NCBI RefSeq assembly: GCF_009914755.1
Contig: NC_060929.1
Strand: one strand, 5' to 3'
Source: the human T2T-CHM13v2.0 reference genome, Homo sapiens
Length of the DNA stretch: 64,000 nucleotides
The translations under genes and the position numbers were made by a program. Shown here one piece after another: positions 51,842 to 64,000 of the stretch (positions within the stretch are counted from its first letter, which is position 1; every line of letters begins with the position of its first letter). The notes beneath the pieces are model-generated. The model ran no database searches. It saw nothing but the letters and a program-made list of their open reading frames with translations, and had not been told where the DNA came from.

Positions 51842-52238
51842 GTTGGGGTATATTCTGGTTAATTTTGCCCTACCCAGAGTGATAGTCTTACTCTTATCAA
51901 TAGCAAAAGCCTGGACTGGTAAGCAAAGAAAGATATTTGAAGATCTTCTAGAGTTGAGGAAATATACCTAAGAGTAATTATTCTGAGGAGTAAGAGAAAA
52001 TCTGAGCATGAGTGGCCCTGTTCTCTCTGACCCCGAACAAAAACACTGCAGCAGTGTAACACGGTAGGCAGTGCAGAGTAACAGGAGCCGGCTATTCAAA
52101 TTATCCAGAACAATAACTCTGGCACCACTTTTTTAAACCCATAATATAAACAAAGAGTTCTCAGTTTCTGCAACCTTTTTGGATTCTGTCAGTCTATGCA
52201 TTGTCGTATCTGAAAGGCTTCCAGAATAGGAGGCTGAT

Positions 52239-52302
52239 ATTACTTTCAATTGGCATTGCTTTCAATGGCAAAAACTGCAATAACATTTGCATCAACCTAA
52301 TA
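52239..52302. mobile_element. MADE1 (Hsmar1-derived MITE), one arm only
   Basis: CTTTCAATGGCAAAAACTGCAATAACATTTGCATCAACCTAATA. Confidence 0.85.
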
Positions 52303-52469
52303 AATTCTTTCCTCCATTCTCATTTCAGTATCTACCAGACATCATTGCCAGGTTTCTTTTCCCAAATTGGCTCAAAAATATGTCACCATTATCATCCCTG
52401 ATCTAGCAGATTCACATTCTGAATGACAGGCATGGTAAAGTTCTTATGAACAAGCCCTTTTGTTCACAT

Positions 52470-52650
52470 AAATTTGAGTTCTTTCACTTGGTGATGGTGT
52501 GATTTTAGGCCAGCTTCTTAACCTGCATAGGCTTCAGTTTCGTCACCTGTAAAATGGCAATAATAATCGCCTCTATGTGGTAATGTTAAGGCCAGGTTTA
52601 AATACACAAACCATTTAGCACAGTGCTTGCCAAATGGCTAGAATTTCACA
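52470..52650 (+). mobile_element. MIR
   Basis: CTTCAGTTTCGTCACCTGTAAAATGG...TTAGCACAGTGCTTG. Confidence 0.8.
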
Positions 52651-53591
52651 AACTCTAGTGCCTAAAATTAACATTATAATTATTGCCAAGAACAGTAATT
52701 AGTTGCCAGGCCAATAAAAATGTAAAAAACACAGAGTTGCCAATTTTTAGTTTTTCAATTAAATTCATTTTTTGAAACAATTATTTAATGTCACTGCTAT
52801 TTTATCAAAGAAAAGAAACACATTAAACCAAAAAATTAGAAGGACATATTCTTGAATTAAAGAGGATTTTTTTTTAATGGAACAAATTTAGTTTTTGAGA
52901 AAAAAAAAAAACTTCACTATTTAACTTTGCTTTTTCTTATTTTGCCACCTCATGGTGAAAACTTCATCATGGATTTTCAATGATTCATAGCCCAAGATCC
53001 CATCAGAACAGAATAATAGTTGCTGCCCTCTTGTATCTCAATCACTAAATGAATGATTGGCTTATCTTACATCAACACACGTTTTTCGTTAAGATACCTG
53101 AAATCAGACAGGGCCTCAAACTTTCAAGCCATTTTGATTGATTTACTGTGAACCAAACCAGTGACTTCTTAGCAATTGGCTATCTTATTTTGGTGACAGA
53201 TAGGGTTCAGGGGAGCCATTATACCTTGATGAGTTTGTTTGAAACATGCCGGCCCCCTCCCTATGTCACGGGGAAAATTTGAGGGGGTGGGAATTGTTAT
53301 AAAAACCTCACACATTTTAAATACAGAAACATTCTGCAGTTTTTCTGGTAAATTACACTTGATTGGGCTAGAAGATAAATGTGACAATTGAGAGCAATTT
53401 GTAAAACTGCAACTGGAAATAATTTCTTTGCTCATGTTGTTAAAAAGAAATACACTCTACTCAATCGTAAATTTAAACAGAGTAGTGATGTATGGCGTGC
53501 ATTAACTGAAAAATCATGCAACTCTGTATGACAGTTTATTTACATATAGATGCATGTGAGTGTCTATGTATTGGCAGTCATGAAATGTTTG

Positions 53592-53750
53592 GATAGCTTT
53601 AGGAGATATACCTAATGCTAAAGGACGAGTTAATGGGTACAGCACACCAGCATGGCACATGTATACACATGTAACTAACCTGCACATTGTGCACATGTAC
53701 CCTAAAACTTAAAGTATAATAATAATAAAATATAATAAAATAAATAAAGA
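53592..53750 (+). mobile_element. 5'-truncated young L1PA (L1PA3/4-like) 3' end
   Basis: GATAGCTTTAGGAGATATACCTAATGCTAAA...CCCTAAAACTTAAAGTATAATAAT; TSD GAAATGTTTG at 53582-53591 and 53751-53760. Confidence 0.93.
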
Positions 53751-53924
53751 GAAATGTTTGTATTTTAATCTACTATTTCTGTCTGGATGGGAAAAGAAAG
53801 AACAGAGATGTGCTTTTTAGACCTTGGCTTTCTTGTGGAACCTTTTAGTAATGTGGTGCAGATTGATTCATGAAAAAAAAAAAAACAGATTGCTACATTT
53901 TTCTGTATATTTTGCAGATTTCTG

Positions 53925-54400
53925 GATTACTCAGAATAATTTTAGTTGCAAATGACAGCAACCCAAAACTGGCTTGTGATGGCGGGGGCTGGAGTAGGGG
54001 AAATGCATTTTTTTTACGTAATGGAATCCTGAGGTATTTACCTTTAGGAACAGCAGTATCTAGATGCTCAAATGTTGAAATCAGAATTCTCACTCTATCT
54101 CACCATTCTGCATTCTTCTTTGTTGGCTCCATTCTCAGGCTCTCTCCAAGAAGTAGCAAAACTGGTAACTAGCAAATCAGAATTATATCCTATCAGCCTT
54201 TACAACATCAGCTAGAAAAGCATACCTTTCTTCTTAGCAATCCAATGATTAGTGGGCTTCTGCTAGGTCCAAATATCCAACCCAGAATAAATCACTAGGC
54301 ATGGAAAGGTGGTAAATTTATTTATTGGAACTAGATCAACTGTTTATCTCTCAGACCTGGAAGTGAAGCCCAGTCTCCCATTCCAAAACCCATGTAATCT
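53925..54400 (-). mobile_element. Old MLT1 (J/K/L-like) LTR
   Basis: TAGTTGCAAATGACAGCAACCCAAAACTGGCTT...GTTGGCTCCATTCTCAGGC. Confidence 0.65.
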
Positions 54401-54839
54401 ATAAATGGAGAAGTATGTCTCTTAGAGAGAGAGGTTTCTGCAGAAGTACAGTGGGTGGTCAGATGTAGATAGCCCCTACCCTTTAGTGATTATTATATCT
54501 GTTTCTGTGCACAACCAATTTAAGCAGTGCATGCTAGAACTCCTACACTTTCAATAAGTGACCCTATAGCGCTAAGATAAAGCATGTTACCTGCCTGGGT
54601 TAAAACTGGCAGCTTATCTGGCTGTATCTACCACAAAATAAGACAGTAATGACAACACCGTCAAAGAAAATGGATTATGTGGACCCATGAATGTTTCACA
54701 GTGTTCCCACATGGAATGAGCAGAGATAACATGTCTGCTCTCACAAGTAGAAAGCCTTGTTTGTATGTCCATTGCGTGAAAATCTAGTTACTTAACAATT
54801 ACAGCTTTTTATTCCAAATGAGAAAGAGTACGATCAATA

Positions 54840-55095
54840 CAGTAGAATAAGCATCCAAATTAGAATTGTATGGACTTGGGTTAAAATACTGTCTCAGATC
54901 CACAATAAATAATAGCTATTTATTTTTTAAGTCCATTGGCTATGTCATATTAGAATAGTTGTTTAACCTCTCTAAAACTAAACTTTATCATCCTTAAAAT
55001 AGGAAATAATGATATCTACCTTGCAGATTCGTAATGAAGATTAGACATAGCAGAAATTAAGTGCAAGAGTCACATAGACATGAAATAAATAATAG
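54840..55095 (+). mobile_element. MIR
   Basis: TTTAACCTCTCTAAAAC...ATCTACCTTGCAGATTCGTAATGAAGATTAGA. Confidence 0.65.
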
Positions 55096-55572
55096 CTGTT
55101 ATCCTCAGGAATAAGAATAGCCTTTTTAATACTGATACAAAAAGCTACTTGTGAAGATCAAGTGATGTAATCACCCAGTGTGTTTAGTATATTGTCTGCT
55201 TTAAGGTAAGAAGTCCACAAATGTTAACTATTGGTGTTGTTAATAATAATACTCATTTTTATGGCTACCTTGAAGTTGAAATGATTGAATTTACTTTCAT
55301 TATCTTAGCACCATACCAAGTATAGAGTAAATGTTCAAAATGACTCCAGGGTTTGCTTACTGTATTTATCATTATTGTGCCTAACCATTTGAATAGTAGA
55401 ATGAATATGTAGCTACTAAAAGGTGAATGTCTTGATACAATAATCTCCTGTGCTTATTATCAAGTGTGAAATATAACTACATTTAAGACATTAAATGGAA
55501 TCTTTTGTCTGATTTTCTCTGTTTAACCAAAGATACAGAAGCCAAACTGTAATGGGATAAATTGACTTCTGA

Positions 55573-55920
<348 letters not shown>

Positions 55921-57049
55921 TAGTGTTTGTATATTGAAAATATTCCCTTCAATACTTTGCTTCAGTTTTCTTCACTTTTTATTGGGTCTTCATTAGTGAA
56001 GGTTCATCTTTACATTTAGGGGTGGGATGGTTAAGAATAAGTTTCCAAATATCTAGATTGTTTACCAAACCACAGATGGAAGAGAGTTTCAAAAAGCTCT
56101 GGCTTTCATTTTTCTTGCTGCCTCTTAAGGCCACAGCTCTCCATCTTCTCCATTACAAGTTCATTTCAGCCGCCCCTAGAATCAGCATTAAGGGGCTGCT
56201 AAACTTTAATTGGAATGAGGAAGTCAAAACCCTCTCCAGACAGAGCAATGCACCTTAGTGGTTTGGGAGCTTCTCCAAACTCATGCCACCATATTAACAG
56301 TCTCATTCCAAAGCATAAATATCTTGGAACAATTCTCCGGAAATACAAGCAATTTGAGTGACAAATGTAAAATTACGCAACTGGGGGGGAAAGATTGTCA
56401 AGCCAAAACATAGAAAGTAATGATTCATTTTAGAAAATAAAATGCTCAAAGAAACATCAGGGAACTTGTTTTCAGCTGCAGTTAGCTTAATGAAATGGTT
56501 CTCTAAGTGGATGTTTATTGGAAATCTGTGTTTAGAAGGCTGGAAATAAATTCCATTTTTAAGTTATGCTTTTTTTCTCCCCTCTCCCTCTGCATTTGCT
56601 GGCCCATTTTATTCAAAGCTGAACATCAGATATAAATAAGGATTTTTGAACTGCTTTTAAACTGCTGGCATCTGTTAGATTAGAAGGAAGTCTGATTTAG
56701 CAAAACTTAGAACAGTACAGAACAATTGCCAAAGCGAGAGGATCTTTTATTTATGTTGTACAACAATGTTATGTAACCAGGCAAGTTGTTCATCTTAATT
56801 CTTTATGATGAGTATATGGGGCAATATATCTCTTAATGTTTGGCCAGCTGAGAGCCCATTAGCTGGTGTTGTATTATTTAGATGTTAAATTGATTTGAGA
56901 GGAAATTAATTATGTATGTTCAGCTAAAAACCATCACTACATTCAGTAAGCTCTTATATAAAATATCTTTATATTTTGAATTTTTGTTTGGTGGGGGGAA
57001 GGTGGTGTTTTTTTCACTTTCTTTACCAATTTCCAGAGTCTCCCGAAAC

Positions 57050-57290
57050 CAAGTAGTTAGAAGTAAAAGTGCCACGGTCAAAGAGATCTTGGTTTAAAAT
57101 CCGGCTTACTGTTTTCTAGGTGCTTGAATTTCAAAAGTTATTACTCTTTCCAAGCGTATTGCTCATCTATAAAATGGGGATAATAATAATATCTTCCTCA
57201 TGTGTTTATTCTGAGGATTAATGCAGATAAAGTGCTTAGCACATTGTCTGACACATAGTATGTATTCAATGAATGCTAATGCTATAAAAT
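57050..57290 (+). mobile_element. MIR
   Basis: CTCATCTATAAAATGGGGATAATAAT...TGAGGATTAA...AAAGTGCTTAGCACA. Confidence 0.85.
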
Positions 57291-58009
57291 TATCACTACA
57301 TTCTTATGAATACAAAGTTCTGTAACATGATTGGGGAGTAGTTTTGCTTTTTTGTTTGTTTTCTTTTAACAATCTATCTAGGTTCAGTAGAGAAAATATT
57401 AGCTAAATCATTTTAGCTATACAGGGACATAATAAGCAAACCTCAAAACAGACTGGGAAAGATTTTTTGCCGTGACTCTTTTCTGTATGTTAAATTTCAT
57501 CAGTCACAGCCGGGCAAGAAATGCTAAACAATATGTATAAGGAGGCAAAAGATGATTACAAACTCAAGACTTTTTTTTTCTATTATTTTATTTAAAGGAA
57601 GGGCCTCTATCTGTTGAAGTCTAATGAAATTATACTCTGGAAGTGGGAGAAAGGAATCCTATTCTTCAACTTTAGAAAACAAATCCAAGAAGTTAAATGA
57701 CTTGCCCAAACTAACACAATGAAGGTAGAATTTATCCTAAAATTCAGCTATTTAAATCCCAACTTTCTGTTCTTTCTCCTACCCTCAATCCTAACCTGGC
57801 CCCCACCAAGTCAGTATGAAAGTGGCTGGTTTGGATTCTGCTAATATTACTTTCTATATCAAGGAATTTTCTTAACTAAGAGTAGAGGTTTTATCTAAAC
57901 TCTTCAAAATTTTAAAAGATATTTGAGAATAATTCCTTAGAAGAATTTAATTCAGGAGGGAAAGAATGCATTCAATATAATTATTATTAATATTTTAATA
58001 ATGAAAACT

Positions 58010-58200
58010 AATTTAAATTGAAACTTACTATGTGCCAGGCACTGTGACATGCATTTCACTTGTACTGGTCCCATTTCATCTTCACAACAACTCTGAGGTA
58101 GGTATTAAGAACACTGGGGTTTAGAATACTTTCCAAGGGTCATGCAATTGGTAACGGTCAGAAACAGGACTCAAACCCGAGTCTATATAATCAAAAGCCA
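58010..58200 (-). mobile_element. MIR
   Basis: CTTACTATGTGCCAGGCACTGTG...TCACAACAACTCTGAGGTAGGTATTA. Confidence 0.8.
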
Positions 58201-58699
58201 TGGCCTGGGTGATTCAACTTTTTGTCTTCTTCCCTGTCTCAAGGGATCACAGGACTGTTATTCATACTATCAGTCTGAGGCACATTTAGAAGATGGCATT
58301 ACTATGGGAATTGACTACAAAGGGGAGCTAAATTGGGACTATAATGTTGGGAGTTGAGATTTAGGAATAGGACTAGGGCAGATGCTTATTTTTGAGGTTA
58401 TCCTAAAGATAGCACTAAGAATAGAGGTACTGCCTCCAGAGTTCTCCATCCCCGAAGCTCCCCCGCTCCGCCCAGTTTCCCTTGAATCTCCTCAAACAGC
58501 AGAATTAAGCTTGACTTTTGCATTATCTGGGTCAAAACTGGCAATCAGTAGATTCCAGAAAAGCTTATCTTAAATGAACTACTCTGGTCTGTGGTACATT
58601 TTAAACAATCAGTTTTTGTAAGTAAAGTGTATTCAAACATGATGTAATTAGTAAAAACAAAATCATTTTAAGTGATATTGGCTAGAGCTCCAGCAAGAA

Positions 58700-58731
58700 A
58701 ACAACAACCACAACAACAACAACAGCAACAA
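58700..58731. repeat. Imperfect (CAA)n trinucleotide repeat
   Basis: ACAACAACCACAACAACAACAACAGCAACAA. Confidence 0.85.
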
Positions 58732-59134
58732 AACCCTCCAGCATTAATCTCTGCACAATTAGACTTTAGCAGGAGGCAGAGATTACCTCTAGCACACAGG
58801 TTTCCCTCTGAAGACCTTATCAGGTTCCAAGGTTACATCCAACAAAGAGGTAGAATGTCAGGTCACCCTTCAAGTGGCAGAGATCTTAAACAATTCAAGT
58901 AAAGGTTTAAAAGGATAGTCTATGACAGTGTTAAGTAAATGCCAAGAAACATCTGAAAATGGCTCCACTCTACAGATCTTTAGATGATTGCCCAGGTGCA
59001 AGAGGCTAAGGACTGGTTGCTGTATTTTTGGCTCTGAGCACACAGATTTCAAAATAAATTTGATTTGACTTCTCAGTCCCAGCAAAACCAGTTAGCCATT
59101 TGGCTGGAGGTCTTTTCATGCAGGTACCTCTATA

Positions 59135-59610
59135 ATAATTATAATTAATATAGATGCACCTGCTGCCATGTGCCAGTCACTTTTCTAAGTGATTTACATC
59201 TGCTAATTCATCTCCACCACAACCCAGTGAGGAAGGTACTATTATTAGCACTGTCTTAAGGTAGGAAACTGAAGCACACAAAGATTAGAAACACACCCAA
59301 GGTTGAAATGTTAGGAAAGGGTGGAACTGGGGTTCAAAACTAGGATGCCTGCAGAGCCCACACTACTTACCACTATGCTTGTTATACTATCCTTTGCCAT
59401 ATTCATGGCAGTCGCTGTTTTTTCAGGATTTACTGTGTTTCAATTTAAATTATACTGAGAACTTTACATGTTATTTCATTAGAGCAATATGACAATTCCA
59501 CAGGGTAGATGCTATTATCACCCCCAATTTATAGATAAGGAGACTGAGGCTCAGAGATGATGTGTAATTTTCCCAGTCATATTGAGTTGGATTGAAATTC
59601 AAACTCAGAT
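59135..59610 (-). mobile_element. Two tandem MIR copies (~59135-59380 and ~59430-59610)
   Basis: GGAAACTGAAGCACA and TTTATAGATAAGGAGACTGAGGCTCAGAGA cores. Confidence 0.75.
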
Positions 59611-59764
59611 CATCTCACACAACCCACATACGTAACTCCTCTCAAAATACCTCTCAAGAAGCACTCTTTTTCATCAGTAAATCTTTAAGTGCTCTAAACC
59701 ACTGGGAACTTATTTCCAGCTGAAAATAAACAAGGAAAATGAGATTTGACTGCCAACATAGAAG

Positions 59765-60077
59765 TTTTTGTTTTTTTTTTTTTGTTTGTTTGTTTTTTTT
59801 TTTTTTTGAGACGAAGTCTCACTCTGTAGCCCAGGCTAGAGTGCAATGGTGTGATCTCAGCTCACTGCAACCTCTACCTCCTGGATTCAAGTGATTCTCC
59901 TGCCTCAGCTGGGATTACAGGCATGTGCCACAGCACCCAGCTAATTTTTTGTATTTTTAGCAGAGATGAGTTTCACCATATTGGCCAGGCTGGTCTTGAA
60001 CTCCTGACCTCAGGTGATCTGCCCGCCTCAGCCTCCCAAAGTGCTAGGATTACAGGCGTGAGCCACCGCGCCTGGCC
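59765..60077 (-). mobile_element. AluS (Sx/Sz-like), antisense, small internal deletion
   Basis: Full Alu; CCTGCCTCAG joins CTGGGATTACAGG directly, lacking about 12 bp. Confidence 0.95.
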
Positions 60078-60169
60078 AGAACTTCTTATTGTTACACTTA
60101 AACTGTATTCTCCTGTAAATATGTTTGAACTATTAATATATTTTTTAAACACATTTTACTTTAAAATAT

Positions 60170-60684
60170 AGTGATCTCCTGTTATCCATTGGGGATACAT
60201 TCCAAGACCTTCAGTTCATGCCTGAAACTGCATTCATTTCTATGCAGCTTACATAGTACCAAACCCCATATATACTATGTTTTTTTCCTATGTATACATA
60301 GCTATGATAAAGTTTAATTTATAAATTAGGCACAGTAAGAGATTACAATAATTAATAATAAAATAGAATAGGATAATTATAACAATATACTGTAATAAAG
60401 GTTATATGAATGTAGTCTCTTGCTCTCAAAATGTCTTATTGTACTATTCTCTCCCTTCGTCTTGTGATCTGTTGATCTGATAACCAAGGTAGCTACTAAG
60501 TGACTAACAAATATGCTGAAAAAAGGGGTGGAGTGAGATTTTATCACACTACACAGAATGATATGCAATTTAAAACTTATAAATTGCTTATTTCTTAATT
60601 TTCCATTTAAAATGTTTGGACCATGGTTGATCATGTGTAACTGAAACCACAGAAAGTAATATCATGGATAAGGGGGAACTGATG
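60170..60684. mobile_element. MER44 (Tigger7-derived) DNA transposon inserted in L1MC
   Basis: TIRs ...TTATCCATTGGGGATACATTCCAAGACC and CATGGATAAGGGGGAACTGATG, TA flanks. Confidence 0.88.
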
Positions 60685-63040
60685 TAGATTTAGATTTATA
60701 CAAAAATTTCAAAGAGTTTTTATGTATCTTACACCAGATTTTCCTTATTCCTAACACCTTACATCAGTATGGCACTTTTGATATAATTTAATGAATCAAT
60801 ACTGATACTATTAACTGAATTCTATATCCAGATTCCTCTAGTTGTACCTGATGTTCTTTTTCTGTTCTAAGATCCCACCCAAGATCTCACATTACATTTA
60901 GTCATAATGTCTCCTTAGCTGTAACTTATCTTAGCTGTACCTATTTCTCAGACTTACCTTGTTTTTGATGACCTTGACTGTTTTAAGGAGTAGTCACGTG
61001 TTTTGTAGACTGTTCCTCAACTGAGATTTCTTTGAGTTTATGTCATAATTAGACTGGGGTCATAGGTTAGGAAGGAAGACCAGAGAGGTAAAGTGCCTTT
61101 TTCATCATATCATATCCAGAGTATATGCTGTTAACATGACTTGTCTATATGAATGTTAACCTTGATCTTCTGGCTGAGGTACTATTAGTTTCCTACACTG
61201 TAAAGTTACTCTTTTGCCCTCCTCTCCACACTCTAGTCTTTGGAAGGAAGTTACTATAAGAAGCATACACTTTAAGAGGTAGAAAGTTATGTGGGAGAGA
61301 TTTGTGGATTCACCCCCAATAGAGATTTAACTATTTACTCAATAATTTATTTATATCAATATAGACTCATATATATTCATTTTTTACTTTTGTTACAATC
61401 CAATACTACTTTATTTTGTGAATCACATTATTCCAGCTTTGATCTTTGAGAGCTCTTTTAGGTGGCTGTTTTGTCCTTTTGATGTACCCCCATCACTGTA
61501 TTTTACTTTTGTTTCTGAGCAGTTTCTTAAATTTTGACAATATAAGGTGATCCAACTTCATCTTGTATATTTTCTGCCAGAACCTTAGAATCAGTCATTT
61601 CTGCAAAGAGCCCTAAGTCATTTTATTAGAAAATGGTATTAAAAACCAGCATCTGTATGTTAGGTGTGCTGGTTGCTACTGAGTATCATTGCTTCCAAGC
61701 TTTCTTAGCTGACAGAGCAAGGAAATAAGTGCATGTGTATACATATGTGTTTATTAACATATGAATGTACACATATCTGTAAGTATAAAATATTCATGTG
61801 CACTATATTAATCCAAACATGAGTTTATACTGAGGTATCCAACTCTAATCTGTTAGAGTTGGATCATTCTAGACTTTTCTCATTGTATGTCTATAACTTC
61901 TTACTCTAACAATGAGAAACCTGGCTTGCACCATTTGCTATTCATTTATTTAATTTTTCCATCAGGGTACATGTATGGCAATATCATATTGCTAACAGAT
62001 AGCCCATGGGCAACAATTTTTTCAACTAAATTACAGTGCTTTTGTGGTACTTTTGCCTTTAGTCTTAAGATTTCACCCATTACAAAGTTACTTTTGTTGG
62101 CACTGTTTCCCATTACTTCCTTCAATAAAGTTTCATACATTTGTAATACAGTTAGATTCCTTTGTCACAGTTTGCATTCTATCCTGGGCTCCCCTAATCT
62201 CCTAAATGATTTTTTTTAATGTGCATACATCAGGACTTTTGCTTGCTGTAAAGTCCTATGGGTTTTAACAATTGCATAACATCATATATCTACTACTACA
62301 GGACTATACAGAATAGTTTCTCTGGCTGAAAAAGTCTTCTGTACTCAATCTCTTTCTGACCTTTCTGTTATCCTTATAGCTTTTCCTTTTCCAGAATATC
62401 ATATAAATTGAATAATACAGTAGGTAGCCTTCTAGACTGGCTTCTGGAACCTAGCAATATGGACTTAAGACTCACACACATCTTTGCATAACTTGATAAC
62501 TCATTTCCTCTTATTGCTAAATAACATTCTGGTGTATGGGTATACCACAGTTTGTGCATCCATTTGTTTAAGGACATTTTGGTTGCTTCCAGTTTTTGGT
62601 GATTTTTATTAAAGCTACTATAAATATTTGCATGCAGACATCTGTGTGGACATTCATTTTCAAGTTAGTTGTGCAAATACCTAGGAGCACTATTCCTAGA
62701 TCATATGGTAAGACTATATTTAGTTTTGTAAGAAATTGCCAAATAGTGTTCTAAAGTGGTAGTCTCATTTTGCATCTGCACCAGTAATGAATGAGAATTC
62801 TTATTGTTCCACATCTTCACCAGAAAATGGTACTGTCTGTTTTATCTTGTTAATTTTAGCCATTCTACTACATGTATAGTGGCATCTCATCGTTTTAATT
62901 TGCATTTATCTAATGATAAATGACATTGAGCATCTTTTCATAAGCTTATTTGGCATTTGTATATGTTTTTTGGTGAGGTATTTTGCCAGACTTTTTGCCA
63001 TTTTTTAATTGGGTTGTTTGTTTTCTTATCTTTGTATTTT
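60685..63040 (-). mobile_element. L1MC-type 3' region (3' terminus at ~60140 before MER44; resumes at ~63835-63975)
   Basis: GTTTTTGATGACCTTGAC, GGAAGACCAGAGAGGTAAAGTGCC, GGACATTTTGGTTGCTTCCAGTTTTTGG, GACATTGAGCATCTTTTCAT. Confidence 0.85.
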
Positions 63041-63830
63041 AATGCAGCCAGCAGACACATGAAAAAATGCTCATCATCACTGGCCATCAGAGAAATGCAA
63101 ATCAAAACCACAATGAGATACCATCTCATACCAGTTAGAATGGTGATCATTAAAAAGTCAGGGAACAACAGGTGCTGGAGAGGATGTGGAGAAATAGGAA
63201 CGCTTTTACACTGTTGGTGGGACTGTAAACTAGTTCAACCATTGTGGAAGACAGTGTGGCGATTCCTCAAGGATCTAGAACTAGAAATACCATTTGACCC
63301 AGCGATCCCATTACTGAGTATACACCCAAAGGATTATAAATCATGCTGCTATAAAGACATATGCACACGTATGTTTATTGCAGCACTATTCACAGCAGCA
63401 AAGACTTGGAACCAACCCAAATGTCCATCAATGATAGACTGTATTAAGAAAATGTGGCACATATACACCATGGAATACTATGCAGCCATAAAAAAGGATG
63501 AGTTCACGTCCTTTGTAGGGACGTGGATGAAGCTGGAAACCATTATTCTGAGCAAACTATCGCAAGGACAGAAAACCAAACACCACATGTTCTCACTCAT
63601 AGGTGGGAATTGAACAATGAGAACACTTGGACACAGGAAGGGGAACATCACACACTGGGGCCTGTCATGCGGTTGGGGGAGGGGGGAGGGATAGCATTAG
63701 GAGAAATACCTAATGTAAATGATGAGTTAATGGGTGTAGTAAACCAACACGGTACATGTATACATATGTAACAAACCTGCACATTGTGCACATGTACTCT
63801 AGAACTTAAAGTATAAAAAATAAAATAAAA
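63041..63830 (+). mobile_element. 5'-truncated L1PA (L1PA6-like): ORF2 C-terminus and 3' UTR
   Basis: [24 protein letters not shown]...[26 protein letters not shown]...HMFSLIGGN-stop; 3' UTR GGAGAAATACCTAATGTAAATGA...CTAGAACTTAAAGTAT plus A tail. Confidence 0.95.
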
Positions 63831-64000
63831 TGAAAAGGTCTCGGTATATTTGGGATACAATATGTAATCAGATATGTGTTTTGTAATTTTTTTTTTTTCA
63901 AATCTGGGGCTTATCTTTTTATTCTTGTAGCAGTGTCTGTCACAGAGCAGAATTTTAAACTTTTAATATAATCCATGCTGTGGGTTGTCCTAATACCCAG

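Noticed and set aside
58240-58480. Possible mitochondrial insertion (G/T-skewed stretch)
   Set aside because: I could not match it to any mitochondrial gene or reading frame.
58672-58902. PolyQ-containing ORF
   Set aside because: Product of an imperfect (CAA)n repeat with a non-ATG start; no coding support.

Overview
AT-rich, repeat-dense primate DNA, most likely human (AluJ/AluS, L1PA3/L1PA6, THE1D, MLT2A1), intergenic or deep-intronic. I see no intact protein-coding gene. The only gene-derived feature is a full-length processed pseudogene of argininosuccinate synthase 1 (ASS1, 1780-3361, + strand). It has three frameshifts and a premature stop, an Alu inserted in its poly(A) signal/tail, and a 16-bp target-site duplication (TSD). 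The rest is interspersed repeats: MIR/L2 relics, MaLR/ERV1/ERVL LTRs (several with TSDs read directly), a complete two-LTR MSTA element, DNA transposon relics (MER5, MER82, MER44, MADE1), and a ~16 kb nested L1 stack (27.6-43.9 kb). The most unusual structures are: (i) a recent 123-bp templated duplication flanked by two perfect 30-bp palindromes (42.0-43.0 kb); (ii) an orphan ~230-bp polyadenylated insert with a splice-acceptor signature inside an L1PB; (iii) an L1MA whose 5' end is joined directly to late ORF2 (candidate spliced L1); (iv) a 55-nt hairpin with perfect 18-bp arms. I found no convincing evidence of a novel multi-gene system. Repeat subfamily names come from recalled consensus sequences, and boundaries without a stated TSD are approximate.
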